Origin: Aureliella sp.
Lineage (GTDB): Bacteria > Planctomycetota > Planctomycetia > Pirellulales > Pirellulaceae
DNA: 64,000 bases
Assembly (NCBI GenBank): GCA_963691875.1
Contig: OY829846.1
Coordinates: 2,528,001-2,592,000 of the forward strand
Reading direction: 5' to 3'
Positions 33,453-44,331 of the stretch are shown here, in pieces. How positions within the stretch are numbered: position 1 is the first letter of the stretch; every line of letters begins with the position of its first letter. Position numbers and translations under genes: made by a program. A model generated the notes under the pieces. The model was not told the DNA's origin and ran no database searches. It saw nothing but the letters and a program-made list of their open reading frames with translations.

Positions 33453-36434
33453 TCAGTCAACGTAAAGAAATTCATTGGAATTCATCAAGGCATGACAAAC
33501 GGAAGCGAGCGCCAATACAGTCGGGCTGAGCACAATCACTTCCTTTTCCTCCAACAGTTTAAGTCCATATCGCGCCGCTAGTTCTTTCTCTATTGCCCTA
33601 CGTTCATTAGCACTCAACTGCCGGTCGTACACTCGGATCTCAGCTATCCCACCATTCCAAAACTCTCCATTGATGTTCCCTTGCTGGCCAATCACCCAAG
33701 CAGTGTCCAGTCTTCTTTTCGTCAAAGGAGGTCCTGACTTCAATTTCCGCCCGTTCTGGAAAACCATCGCCTGCTCCGATCCCGAAATGGCTGACAGGAT
33801 AAATGGTTTCCCACGATCTGAAACATCGCCTGCGTTTGAAAACGCATCGCTGAATCGAACTCTTTTTTCTGCTGTGAGACCAACAAAAAGTGAAGTTGTT
33901 GAATTCCCGCCCCCACCATTCCAGTTGGACAATATGGCACGATGACCCGAACTAGCTTCATCACTGACAACACAAAAAACAGTGTGCTCTTGTGCCTCAA
34001 GAATATGGCCAGCGATACGTAAGAACTGGCCAGCCCCGTTGAACTGAAGAATCGGCTTTCCGCCATAACCATGTTCAATGAGCGTAGGTCGGGCAACGTC
34101 TATCTCTTGCGTAGCATCATGGCCTTGTTTCGAAAGATCCGGGATGAATGATACTAGTGACTTGCCTCCTTCATCAACTCTCGCTTGATCCGCACGCAAG
34201 TGCAGTACCAGCGCGGCTTTGGCTCTATCAACGAAGTCAATTTTTTTACTTCCTGACAAAGACTGTTGTTCTGCGAACAAACCTGCCTGAGATCCCAAAT
34301 GCCTAAGTGCAACTTGCTCCTCCGCCAAAGTGGGCTCACGACCTAACACCTGAGACCATACAAGTCGAACCTGTTTCTTGCGATCGTTCGTCCTACTCGC
34401 TACGCGAACTGCAAGCTGCTTACTACGCTGGTGCACAAAGCGATTGTTTATCAAGGCGAGAGCCTGCGTCGGTACGGTCGTCACATTCCTTTTGCCACAA
34501 GAAAGCGTGGGATCGCAGAGATCAAAAGTCGTCATCAGCGGAGGCAGCAAACCTCGCTTGAGATACATATAGAGGCTCCGCCGCATCTGAGATTCTTGTG
34601 ACGAAGCTTGCCAAGCGTCAGCCTTACGGGAGAGTCCCTCAAGTGCTTCCGGACTTACTGAGGCCTTAAAGCCCTCACCGCCAACACGCCTGTCCAATTC
34701 GCCTGCAACGGCCAAAAGTGAGTCGCGCAGTGCCTCAGCATCGAGCCGCTGACGCCCAAACCGCCACAACAGCCGGTTGGTGGGATCGATACGTTCCAGT
34801 TCTCCAGCCCTTGGATGCAAAGACGACTGCCGCCAAGTGTCCGAAGTCAGGATGAGTCGATGCATATGCTTGATACTCAGTCCGCCTAACTGAAACTCCG
34901 TTGCTAGCCAGTCCAACAGTCGCGGGTGCGTTGGTGGGTCCGCCAAGAACCCAAAATTATTCGGCGTTCGAACGATGGCCTTCCCAAAGTGATGTTGCCA
35001 GAGTCGATTGACCAGAACTCTGTAGGGAAGAGGGTTCTCGGGGTCAACAATCCAACTTGCGTACTGCAGACGTCGCTGTGATGTCTTCGCTCCCTCGCTC
35101 GGTGGCTCAAATTGCCTCTCCAAGTTTGGAATAGAAGAGATCGACGCAGGTACAACTTCTTGCAATGGAGTGCCGCGCTCGCCGTTCTTCAATACATGTA
35201 ACGGCTTGGGAGTTGAGCTTTCGTCGGTCCACCCCAGGACGTCTTTAAATCCAAGTTGCTCTGCCTTGGGGCCACCGAGCTCACCGGTCAAAATCGGTCC
35301 TGGCCAGAATGCAGACGCAACGCGGTAGTAATCTTCCTGCGTGATCGGATCAAACTTGTGCGAATGGCAACGAGCACACTTTACGGTTAACCCTAGAAAC
35401 GTCGACGAAGTAGTGTGCACCAGGTCTTCCAGTCTTTCGTACTGGTAGTCGAGCTTATCATTCGGCTCGTCATTCCAAGTGCCCAAACGCAGGAACCCAG
35501 TGGCGATCACCGAGGATTCACTTCGACCGGAAATCTCGTCGCCGGCAATTTGCTGCACCACAAAGTCATCGTATGGCATATCGCTATTGAGCGCGTTAAC
35601 GACCCAGTCTCGATATTTCCATGCAAAAGGCTTTTCTTGATCGCGTTCGTAGCCACTGGTGTCTGCGTAGCGTGATACATCGAGCCAATACCGAGCCCAT
35701 CTCTCTCCGTACTGGGGCGATGCGAGAAGCTTATCCACCAATCGTTCCCAGGCTTGCGGAGCCTCATCTGCAAGAAAAGCATTCACTTGCTCCCTAGTCG
35801 GTGGCAGGCCAATGAGATCGTAGTACAAGCGGCGGACAAGTGCTTGGCTGCCGGCTCTTGGAGCGGGAGTAATACCTTCACGCTCCAGCTTCGAACGAAC
35901 GAATGCATCGATTGGATTGTCCGGGCGAGGTAATCTCTTAAGGCTTGGCAGCTGTGGGCGCACGATAGGTTGCAGTGACCACCAATCACGACCTGCACGG
36001 ACTTCGTTCGTGCGTTCGAAGTAATCGAGCTCACGATCCTTGGGCCACGAAGCGCCTTCCTCCAACCACTTGCGAAAGATCTCCCTTTCAATCGGAGGCA
36101 ATTTCTGTGACCGCCCCTGTTTTTCGGGAGGCATTTCTCCAGATTCGATTCGCCGCAGGAATTCGCTCTCGGCCAACCCTTTCATATCTAATGCGGGACC
36201 AGAATCACCGCCAACATGGAAATCAGCCTTTGAAGTCAGCAGAAGCCCACCTGCCGGTTCATTCCCTTTATGACATTCGACGCAGCGTTTGAGTAGAAGT
36301 GGAGCAACATCCTTCTCGAAATCCACGGCCGCATTCAACTGCGAAACCATAAAGAGGATCAGCAAATGTGCAACAACGAGGAAGTTGATTGGCCGGAACA
36401 GTCGGAAGGCTTGGCGGGAAATCTGTATTGGCAT
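33453..36434 (-). CDS. Planctomycete cytochrome c / DUF1549 / DUF1553 protein with LamG-like domain
   Basis: CVECH and CARCH heme-type motifs, NPIDAFV, YGERWARYWLD, VNRLWQHHFG, PTHPRLLDWLA, LamG-like FWNGGIAEIRVYDRQLS, terminal NSNEFLYVD. Confidence 0.92.
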   Translation of the reverse strand: MPIQISRQAFRLFRPINFLVVAHLLILFMVSQLNAAVDFEKDVAPLLLKRCVECHKGNEPAGGLLLTSKADFHVGGDSGPALDMKGLAESEFLRRIESGEMPPEKQGRSQKLPPIEREIFRKWLEEGASWPKDRELDYFERTNEVRAGRDWWSLQPIVRPQLPSLKRLPRPDNPIDAFVRSKLEREGITPAPRAGSQALVRRLYYDLIGLPPTREQVNAFLADEAPQAWERLVDKLLASPQYGERWARYWLDVSRYADTSGYERDQEKPFAWKYRDWVVNALNSDMPYDDFVVQQIAGDEISGRSESSVIATGFLRLGTWNDEPNDKLDYQYERLEDLVHTTSSTFLGLTVKCARCHSHKFDPITQEDYYRVASAFWPGPILTGELGGPKAEQLGFKDVLGWTDESSTPKPLHVLKNGERGTPLQEVVPASISSIPNLERQFEPPSEGAKTSQRRLQYASWIVDPENPLPYRVLVNRLWQHHFGKAIVRTPNNFGFLADPPTHPRLLDWLATEFQLGGLSIKHMHRLILTSDTWRQSSLHPRAGELERIDPTNRLLWRFGRQRLDAEALRDSLLAVAGELDRRVGGEGFKASVSPEALEGLSRKADAWQASSQESQMRRSLYMYLKRGLLPPLMTTFDLCDPTLSCGKRNVTTVPTQALALINNRFVHQRSKQLAVRVASRTNDRKKQVRLVWSQVLGREPTLAEEQVALRHLGSQAGLFAEQQSLSGSKKIDFVDRAKAALVLHLRADQARVDEGGKSLVSFIPDLSKQGHDATQEIDVARPTLIEHGYGGKPILQFNGAGQFLRIAGHILEAQEHTVFCVVSDEASSGHRAILSNWNGGGGNSTTSLFVGLTAEKRVRFSDAFSNAGDVSDRGKPFILSAISGSEQAMVFQNGRKLKSGPPLTKRRLDTAWVIGQQGNINGEFWNGGIAEIRVYDRQLSANERRAIEKELAARYGLKLLEEKEVIVLSPTVLALASVCHALMNSNEFLYVD

Positions 36435-36775
36435 TTTCTATTGCCTCGGACGTCATTCGCAGCGTCCTCAGAAACTGGCTGCGGCGGGGAAGATACATTG
36501 TAAGCCTAAATGTTTCCGCCAGTGTAGAATCTTTGCCGCAGCTCTTCTAAACTCGAGCCCTGGCCAAAACTCTCATTGGTCGGCACAGGCTCATTACAGT
36601 CTAATGCTAGGTAATCCGTTGGCGAAACAACCTACCCTCCCATTCCGAGCAGGCCTATGCGAGTTGGTAAGTCGAGGAATTTCTGGGAGCTGAAATTAGC
36701 GTGATCGCCCCCGACTAAGCACCTTTTCGAAGAATACGTTCAAAGCAATAGACCAAATTACAAACGAGTACTTCC

Positions 36776-37987
36776 ATGATTGCCAATCGACTCATACGGC
36801 TTGCCTCAGTCCTCTTCCTCTTAGTTGCCAGCCAGCTTAGTGCGGACGAGAAGCTCAAGGTGTTCATTCTTGCGGGGCAGTCCAACATGGTGGGTCACGC
36901 TAGAGCGCACACCATTGCAACACTGTACGCTTCGGATGCCGCGAAAGACGAAAGACTGCGTGCGATGGTCTTCGGTGCGGATAGCGAAATTTCAAAGGTG
37001 ACGCTGGAAGAACAACTCGCTCAAGCAAAGAAGATCGACGAGCTGACCGGTGGCATCTCCAATGACAAGCTCAAAGCAATGCAGGACGGACCGGAGAAAA
37101 CAGAGCTCGAAGCCAAAGTAAAACAACTGAAAGACGCACACGAGGCATACAAGGAGAATATCCATTCGTCATGCAGAGTAGACGACCGAGTGTACGTCAA
37201 CTCGATTGCGGATCGCAATAAGAAGTCCGGCAAACTTAGTGTCGGATTCGGGGCTGATCCGAAAAAAATCGGTCCCGAATATGCTTTCGGCCTTTCTATT
37301 GCAGACAAGATCGAAGGTCCTATTCTGTTGATCAAGACATCTTGGGGCGGCAAGTCGCTGAACTACAACTTTCGTCCTCCTTCCGCCGGCACCTACGAAC
37401 TCAATGAAAAGGAAAAGTCTGGCAATAAGGCAGATGAGATCAAGAAGAACGCAGGCCTAAACTACAGAATGATGAACGAGGCCGTGCGCAACGTGCTCGA
37501 CAACCTACGGGAAAATCATCCTAGTTACAATCCAGATGCCGGATACGAAATCGCCGGATTCGTATGGTTCCAAGGGTTCAACGATCAGTTTTCACCGGAG
37601 TTCCGCGACAACTACAAAGACAACATGATTGCCTTTGTGAAAGACATCCGCGCCGAATACGCAACTCCCAACATACCCTTTGTCATTGGCGTTCTCGGGA
37701 CACCAATGACAGCAGAAAAGGTCGCTGAGAATGCGGTCTCCGTCGCTCAGCGAGAAGCGGCAAAGGCACCAGAGTTCAAAGGCAACGCCGTGTCCGTGGA
37801 GAGCTACACAGAGTATTCACTGTACTCCCATGATGTATTCAAGAAAGGCTGGCCGAAGCATTACCACGAGTGGGACACAGTCGGCAGCGACCGCCCCTAT
37901 CATTACCTAGGAAGCGGCGCGTTCTTTGTACGACTCGGTGACTCATTCGCCAATGCAATGGCAGACCTGATCAACTCGTCAGATTAG
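36776..37987 (+). CDS. Sialate O-acetylesterase / carbohydrate esterase (SGNH, SASA family)
   Basis: VFILAGQSNMVG, IGPEYAFG, LIKTSWGGKSL, GFVWFQGFND, PFVIG, PYHY; signal peptide. Confidence 0.88.
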   Translation: MIANRLIRLASVLFLLVASQLSADEKLKVFILAGQSNMVGHARAHTIATLYASDAAKDERLRAMVFGADSEISKVTLEEQLAQAKKIDELTGGISNDKLKAMQDGPEKTELEAKVKQLKDAHEAYKENIHSSCRVDDRVYVNSIADRNKKSGKLSVGFGADPKKIGPEYAFGLSIADKIEGPILLIKTSWGGKSLNYNFRPPSAGTYELNEKEKSGNKADEIKKNAGLNYRMMNEAVRNVLDNLRENHPSYNPDAGYEIAGFVWFQGFNDQFSPEFRDNYKDNMIAFVKDIRAEYATPNIPFVIGVLGTPMTAEKVAENAVSVAQREAAKAPEFKGNAVSVESYTEYSLYSHDVFKKGWPKHYHEWDTVGSDRPYHYLGSGAFFVRLGDSFANAMADLINSSD

Positions 37988-38083
37988 ACTTGAGACTGAT
38001 GGCACGGATATTTGTTCGCCGCCCGTCTAACGCAAATGGCTCGTTCTCCCCGAATACAGATGCTCTGCCAGCGGTACCTACAT

Positions 38084-39481
38084 CTAGACTCGCCCGAGCG
38101 TTCCCGTATAGCCGGCGAATGAATCAGCCTCCACTCCGAGTCGCTGCAGTACGGTGACGAAGAGATGCGCGAGCGGCAGTTCTTCGACTTCAATCTTACC
38201 TCTCCATCCAGCGTCGGTGACGATCCCAGCGCCAGCCTGATTGTCAGCATTACCTTTGCCAAACTTTAAGTAACGCCCGTTTTCAAAGCCAAGGTTTTTA
38301 CCGCCGGCAGATATGATCGGGTAGTTCCGCGATAGGTGGAAGCTACTGGACGCGGACCCGTGCATGGCAAAGGTGTTGTCGAGCATATTCCCATTGCCGA
38401 TGGGTTCCGCAGTCTCTTTCAACTTCTGTACAAACCGACCAAACTCCTCAGCTTGATAACGATTGTAAGTACCGAGGTTTTTCCAGCCGTTCGGTTTCTT
38501 CACAGCGTGCGTCAAGCCATGGGCGCCGCCAAGCCCCACGGCCATGGACAAGAGATCGTGTGGTCCTTCGCCGTTCTCCCGCCCCAGTTGGAATGTCGCA
38601 ACGCGAGTTGAATCACTGAGAAAGGCAAGATAGATCAGCTCGTACATGGTCTGGAAATAGAGCCGTGCTTCTTTCGGTTCTGCATCCATATGCAAGTTGC
38701 TGGTGTCTACTTTCGGAATCGGGGTATCAAGCCACTTCTGAGCCTTCGCTAATTTAACCTCGGTGTCGCGTACTGCATCAAGATATTGCTCGAGTGTCTT
38801 CTGGTCATGTTGGGACAATTTCTGCTGAAGGGATCGTGTGTTTGCGATCAGCAGATCCAACGCACTCTTACTTCGAGCTAACTTGGCCGCGGCCTCTTTA
38901 CCGCTGGTCTCAAAAAGCAGGTCGAATATTTCCTTCGGTTTGTTCATTGCGGGAATCGGTCGACCTTCCCGATTGAACGATTGCGTCTGAGCACCGCGCG
39001 GTCCACCGATGCCTCCGTTTGTCGACATGACCAGCGATGCATGCCGTGTCCTATCCCCTGCATGTTCAGCAATGACTTGGTCAAGTGAAATGGAGTTCTG
39101 GTACGGCCCGTGACCCTTCGTATCCGCCCCTGTTAAGTACTGATCAGCGTTGGAATGGCCGTGAACTTGACGAACAGCGGGATGTGACAGGCCAGAATAA
39201 ATCGTTATCTCACTTCGCAGTGGCTCAAGGACGTCTAGCACTTTGGTCAGTTCGAAGTCCCTCTCGCCGCCTCGAGGGAACCAACTCCAGTCCTTCCAAG
39301 CCGGATCGGACTTCAGTGGCAGCCCGACACCATCGGGATGATAAACACTGAGAAATCGCTTCGGTGTTTCGTCTGCGTTCGAACCTGCCACCGCAAACGT
39401 CTCAAGCCACGGCAGCGCCAAGGCGATTCCGGTACCTCGTAGAAATGTTCGACGACTCAGTGATGTTGCTTGTGTTTTCAT
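38084..39481 (-). CDS. DUF1552 domain protein
   Basis: SRRTFLRGTGIALALPWLE, ISLDQVIA, DSTRVAT, NMLDNT, PLAHLFVTVLQRLG. Likely start MKTQ at 39481, after GGAG. Confidence 0.92.
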   Translation of the reverse strand: MKTQATSLSRRTFLRGTGIALALPWLETFAVAGSNADETPKRFLSVYHPDGVGLPLKSDPAWKDWSWFPRGGERDFELTKVLDVLEPLRSEITIYSGLSHPAVRQVHGHSNADQYLTGADTKGHGPYQNSISLDQVIAEHAGDRTRHASLVMSTNGGIGGPRGAQTQSFNREGRPIPAMNKPKEIFDLLFETSGKEAAAKLARSKSALDLLIANTRSLQQKLSQHDQKTLEQYLDAVRDTEVKLAKAQKWLDTPIPKVDTSNLHMDAEPKEARLYFQTMYELIYLAFLSDSTRVATFQLGRENGEGPHDLLSMAVGLGGAHGLTHAVKKPNGWKNLGTYNRYQAEEFGRFVQKLKETAEPIGNGNMLDNTFAMHGSASSSFHLSRNYPIISAGGKNLGFENGRYLKFGKGNADNQAGAGIVTDAGWRGKIEVEELPLAHLFVTVLQRLGVEADSFAGYTGTLGRV

Positions 39482-39531
39482 AGTCATGCTCCTGCGGTAT
39501 CCATCAGCTCCGGCAAGGTCGTTATTCACAT

Positions 39532-42201
39532 CTAGTATGATCGGAACAAATCGCTGCTAATAATTAAGTGAACCAGTTCGTTCAGACGATCGCCGCGATT
39601 TCTGAATTCGGCGGTCAGGCTCTCCAACGCGGCATAGTCGCCGAAAGCCAAAGGTCGACCAAGTGCGTATGCCGTAAGTTTGTGCACCATCGCATACGCG
39701 AACTGATCCTGCCTACCCTTCAGCAAGTGCCGCTTAAGCCCGTCCATACCGGCCAATTTTTGCTTGCCAAACAACTCGGCAGTGGCGTCGACTGGCTTGT
39801 TGTTCATCTGAGTGCGAAAGGCGCCCAAAGCATCGTAGTTCTCAAACGCAATTCCCCAGGGATCAATTCTCGAATGACAGGATCGACAAGCCGCTTTGTT
39901 ACGATGGTCCGCGATCCTTTCTTTCAGGGTCATCCTCAGAATCTTGGGATCCGTCAGGTCCACCTCGGGAACGTTTGGGGGAGGGGGAGGCGGGGGATCA
40001 TGAAGAATTCGCTCTAACATCCAAACTCCCCGTTTCAGCGGGTGTGAGTCCTTACCGTCCGAATTCATTGTCAGTACTGCAGCACTTGTCAGCAAACCGC
40101 CACGATTTTGCTGTGGATCAACAGAAACTTTGCGGAAATGGGGACCGCTCACGTTTCGAAGCCCGAAGTGCTTCGCCAGTCGCTCGTTCACCATCACATA
40201 GTCAGAGTGAATGAAGTCCATGATGCTACGATTATGCTGTAGGACTTCATCAAAGAAAGCAATAGGCTCCTGCTGCATCGCCGCCTTCAAGTCACTGTCT
40301 TTGACGTGGGCCACGCTGTCGAGTCCGTCCAGTCCAAGCCACTGTTGGACGAAGTGCATAGAAAATCGGTCTGCCCGACGATCAACAAGCATGCGATCGA
40401 CCTGAGCAGATAACGTTTTGGGATCATGCAGTTTTTCCTGCTCGGCCAGTTGCAGCAATTCTTCGTCAGGAAGGCTGGACCATAAAAACAACGCAAGACG
40501 ACTAGCAAGCTCGAAATCGCGGATTGCACCGTGGGACTCTGAGTCTCGATTGGGTGTGCGTTGCGTCAGGTACAGAAACTCGGGAGTCGCGAGCGCCGTT
40601 GCTAGAACTTCCACCATTGCATCTTCAAAACTTGTTAACTCGCGACGGTACTCCTCGAAAAGTCCAACGAACCTGTCCAGCTCTTGTTCTTCTGCAGGAC
40701 GTCGCCAGATACGACGCAGAAAACGCGCCAGCACCGCACGACCATACTTTGTTTCGTCTTTACGAAACTCACTGTCAAAGAAGATTTCGGTATGTGTTTT
40801 CGGCGGCCACTGCTCGTAGTAGGGCGCGGTGATTTCGATCTGGTCGATCAAAACATGAAATGGTTGTTCGCGGCCACTGGAGTTCGCGATATTGCGAATG
40901 TGCAGGAACTCATCACGCCGCGGAAACTTGGTCGCGAGTTTTCGAAAAGGGTTGCGTTGGATGTCGCTCAGCGGGATGTGAAAGTCGATATATTCAGGAT
41001 GCTCTGCTGAGGCCGTCACCGGCTTATCACGTTCGCTGATGACGTTCATAAAGTTCGCGTTGTTGCTGGTATGAGCACTGAAGATCAATCGCAGGCTTGC
41101 GTACTCGTCAGCGTTCATCGTGGACCGCCCGGCGCGAATACGGACTCGCATAATGCCGTCGTCCGGAAGAAAGCGATCCAAGTTCATCTTCAGTTCATTG
41201 GATCGTGGAAGAGCCAGTGCTACAGTTGAAACATCTGGAAACTCTCCGACGTTTGCGTTGGGATCGGGTTGCCAGCTTCCACTTGCAAAGTGAACAGCCT
41301 CGCCACTTTCTCGATTCAATAGATGTTGGCGTCTACTATCTTTGGCGTAGCTGTCATCATCCCGATGGAACACTTTGGCTTTGCTCGCTGCTTTCGCACG
41401 TTCTATTTCATCCTTCATGGAAATGACGTAGGTCACAGGCTCGGGACGTTCCCCGTGGACAGTCGCTCGTCTCAAGGCCTGGAGACCAATTTCTCGATAA
41501 GTCTCAAACTGCCTTGCAGACATCTGCAGTAGCTCGGAACTATTTTTGAAACCGTCCTCCGATGCAGTTTCGGGAGGGAGCTTGCTCGCAAGCTGGTAGG
41601 GCAGGCCAAGCAGGTCCTGCAGCGCATAGTTGTACTCGTACTTGGTCAGCCGCCGAAATGAGGAGTGGGGCTGATCGTTGCGTCGATTTTTCGATGCTTT
41701 CATTAGTTCTTCGCTCAACCAGTCAACGATCTTACCGCGATCGGAATCGTCCAGTGCGTAGTCCGATTCTCCTTCTGGTGGCATTTCAGAATTGCTAAGT
41801 ACATTGTAGATCTCACGCCACTTATCGACACTAGAACCCGACAACAAATTCGGATCCAACTGATCGACGCGAACTCCCCCCTCAGTGTCATCGGGCCCGT
41901 GACAGTCGAGACAGCTTTTTGCGAGAATGGACCGTACTGATTTCTCGAAGAACGCAACGTTGGCCGTTGGCGCTACGTCAGCAGTGGAAGTAGATGTCTT
42001 CGCTCCTGTAAGGAACCTTGACCTCGCTCTTCCCTGCTCGCGAGCCTCTTCGAGAGAAACAGGCGTATCCTCAGCACATGCGGTAGGAGCAGTGCGGACC
42101 GTCTGAACAAGGACGGCAATCAAGCAGGCGAGCGAGAAGACGAATTCCGAAGTTTTCACAGTTTTCAACACAATGTTTTTGAGCAATGCAAGAAAACCCA
42201 A
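39532..42201 (-). CDS. DUF1592 family protein (cytochrome c + DUF1587/1595/1592/1588/1585)
   Basis: CLDCH, RRLTKYEYNYALQDLLG, ELASRLALFLWSSLPD, RGGLLT, HPLKRGVW, CRSCH, DPWGIAFENYD, YALGR. Confidence 0.92.
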   Translation of the reverse strand: MGFLALLKNIVLKTVKTSEFVFSLACLIAVLVQTVRTAPTACAEDTPVSLEEAREQGRARSRFLTGAKTSTSTADVAPTANVAFFEKSVRSILAKSCLDCHGPDDTEGGVRVDQLDPNLLSGSSVDKWREIYNVLSNSEMPPEGESDYALDDSDRGKIVDWLSEELMKASKNRRNDQPHSSFRRLTKYEYNYALQDLLGLPYQLASKLPPETASEDGFKNSSELLQMSARQFETYREIGLQALRRATVHGERPEPVTYVISMKDEIERAKAASKAKVFHRDDDSYAKDSRRQHLLNRESGEAVHFASGSWQPDPNANVGEFPDVSTVALALPRSNELKMNLDRFLPDDGIMRVRIRAGRSTMNADEYASLRLIFSAHTSNNANFMNVISERDKPVTASAEHPEYIDFHIPLSDIQRNPFRKLATKFPRRDEFLHIRNIANSSGREQPFHVLIDQIEITAPYYEQWPPKTHTEIFFDSEFRKDETKYGRAVLARFLRRIWRRPAEEQELDRFVGLFEEYRRELTSFEDAMVEVLATALATPEFLYLTQRTPNRDSESHGAIRDFELASRLALFLWSSLPDEELLQLAEQEKLHDPKTLSAQVDRMLVDRRADRFSMHFVQQWLGLDGLDSVAHVKDSDLKAAMQQEPIAFFDEVLQHNRSIMDFIHSDYVMVNERLAKHFGLRNVSGPHFRKVSVDPQQNRGGLLTSAAVLTMNSDGKDSHPLKRGVWMLERILHDPPPPPPPNVPEVDLTDPKILRMTLKERIADHRNKAACRSCHSRIDPWGIAFENYDALGAFRTQMNNKPVDATAELFGKQKLAGMDGLKRHLLKGRQDQFAYAMVHKLTAYALGRPLAFGDYAALESLTAEFRNRGDRLNELVHLIISSDLFRSY

Positions 42202-42647
42202 TCGGAACGAGATCCAGGATTCCCCCGCGTGAAAGCAGGCAGGCGCAGTGGGGATGGAGTGCTAAGGAGGGGAGCGTCTGAAAGCCGGGGCACCTGCAGA
42301 ATATTATACCAGCTCTCGTCAACCTCTATGTCATTTGATTCATGTTTCATCGCCAAATGGCGTTCTCAGAATCTTGTCATTTTTCCTGCCACAGTTTCAT
42401 TTTCCCTCAGGAATCTGAATATTCCTGAGGGTCTAGAGCCGCCACGGAACGTATCAGGGACTGACAACTCGAGATTCTCATCTCAGCTGGGTCGTCGCCG
42501 TAGCCGAGCAACAAAGAGGAAAAGATCCGCTCTAAAGGCTACCAGCAAGATCGCACAACGATTTCTCCCCTAGCATTAGTTCAAGGACACTTACTGCACC
42601 ATACTCTTGATCAATGCAGACTGGCTATAGCATCAAGGCCGCTGCTT

Positions 42648-43561
42648 TCATTGATTAACTGGAGCTAGCCCCTTCGTCGCTCTGAACACTGTCAGAACCT
42701 CCGCTTTACTTAAGAGACGATCGAAGACTGCTAGCTCGTCAAACAAACCTATGTAGCTTAGCCCGAGTAGGATACGCATCTTGCTCAGGACGCATGTGAA
42801 AGGGTCTTGCACATCCTTGGTGCCTTGCAGTTTCCCATCAAGATAAAACTCCGATTTGCCTTTCTTCGTATTGAGATCGGAAAAATTAATCAACACGTGA
42901 GTCCATTTACCTGTGGCGAATGGCGGTTTGGTTACCGTGCTGAGTCGCCGCTCAAATTCTGGATTCCTGTCCGGCGGCAGCTCTTCCGGGTTCCAAGACT
43001 TGATGTCTCCGATAATTCCCAATCTGAAGTCACGTGGGTTTTCCTTCGTGAAGTCCACCCAGATCGCGGCGTCATTGTAACCCGAATCCGTAATCTGAAT
43101 TGGATCGCAGAATCCCGGTTCAAGGTCTTTCGCAGGATCCAGGCTTAGCCAAAAGGAAACGGCTCCGCTCCACGAGTTGGAACGATAGCCGACGTTTCCA
43201 TCAGCCTCATAGTAGGTGACCAGACGCTTCTTTTTTTGAATTGAAGAGCATCACCCACGAGTCCTTGAGCCTTGGCAAGCACCACGTCTGGATCGTGGAG
43301 GCCAGGAGTCGCCTCTTCGAAACTACGGCGGTCTTTCGCTGTAAAGAGTCGTCCGTCACCCTTGGCAACTACAGCAGATGTAGTTCCATCGAAGGTGCTG
43401 AGGAAGAGAAGATGCTCGCGCAGCTCGACCAATCCCGTAGAGGAGGACTCGTGCGCGAAGGCAATTTGAGAATGGTTCGCCAACCCCCAGCAGGCGACGA
43501 GCAAACTTGCAGCAATCGAGGAACTGAGTTTCAGCACGATAGATCCCTTTTTATCTAGCAC
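42648..43561 (-). pseudogene. LamG-like jellyroll protein split by a frameshift at an A7 tract
   Basis: The 5' part (signal peptide...GDALQFKK) continues in the -1 frame as KRLVTYYEADGNVGY...WSGAVSFWLSLDP...CDPIQITD...DAAIWVDFTKENPRDFRLG...YIGLFDELAVFDR. The shift is at T7, 43231-43237. Confidence 0.8.
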
Positions 43562-43658
43562 TCAAAGAAGCAGACAGCATAGCTTTATTTGCACTCTATT
43601 GCAGCAGCATAGATTTTCAGTGCATGGCAAATCCGCAGGCGGGTTTCTGGGAAAGAGA

Positions 43659-43920
43659 CTATGTGACTTCTAAACCGCGCATTGTCCCGGTGCTACTCGC
43701 AAAGCGAGACGTCTCAAGGCCCAATCGCTGCAGCATGGAAACGAAAAGATTTGGCAATGGGTAGTTGCTATGCTGATCAAAAGCGAGATGCTGTCCCTGT
43801 TGCCCCCCGGCAAGAAGGATCGGCATGTTCTTGGTTTGCGTGACTACTCACGTCACCCAGGTTGGAGGCAAACAGGACAAAGGTGGAATCCAACAACGTG
43901 GTGCCCTCCTCCTCGCTTTG
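43659..43920 (-). pseudogene. C-terminal remnant of a second DUF1552 gene
   Basis: [24 protein letters not shown] / frameshift / [54 protein letters not shown]. Confidence 0.75.
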
Positions 43921-44331
43921 TTGAATTTAGCATTTTGCTCAATGACCAAATGACTTTGCCGAGCACTTTCAATGGTCCACCTCCTGCTTCCCGTCTGATT
44001 CGAACGAAAAAGCACACGATTGCTTGAATTCAATCTCTGCAACGGCACTTCTGTGACCGAACCGGTTGTTCCATGCATTGCTGGTAAGCCTGACTTGCTG
44101 ACCGACTTGGTTTGCTCTGAAGAGCAGCAGTTTCGAAACGATTTAAAGAAACTTTATCCCTAAACCTCTCGGCAACTTTGGTAACTATCCATCGCGAATC
44201 CCCGGAATTGCTTTCTGAAATCGAATCGAAAATAAATCGAGTTCCTTGTCATCTTAGCGCCGGAACGCGTTTTCTTTGACGCTGCCCCAGATAGCTCTTT
44301 GTTTTTTCAAATAGATGACTGGAGAAGTAAG

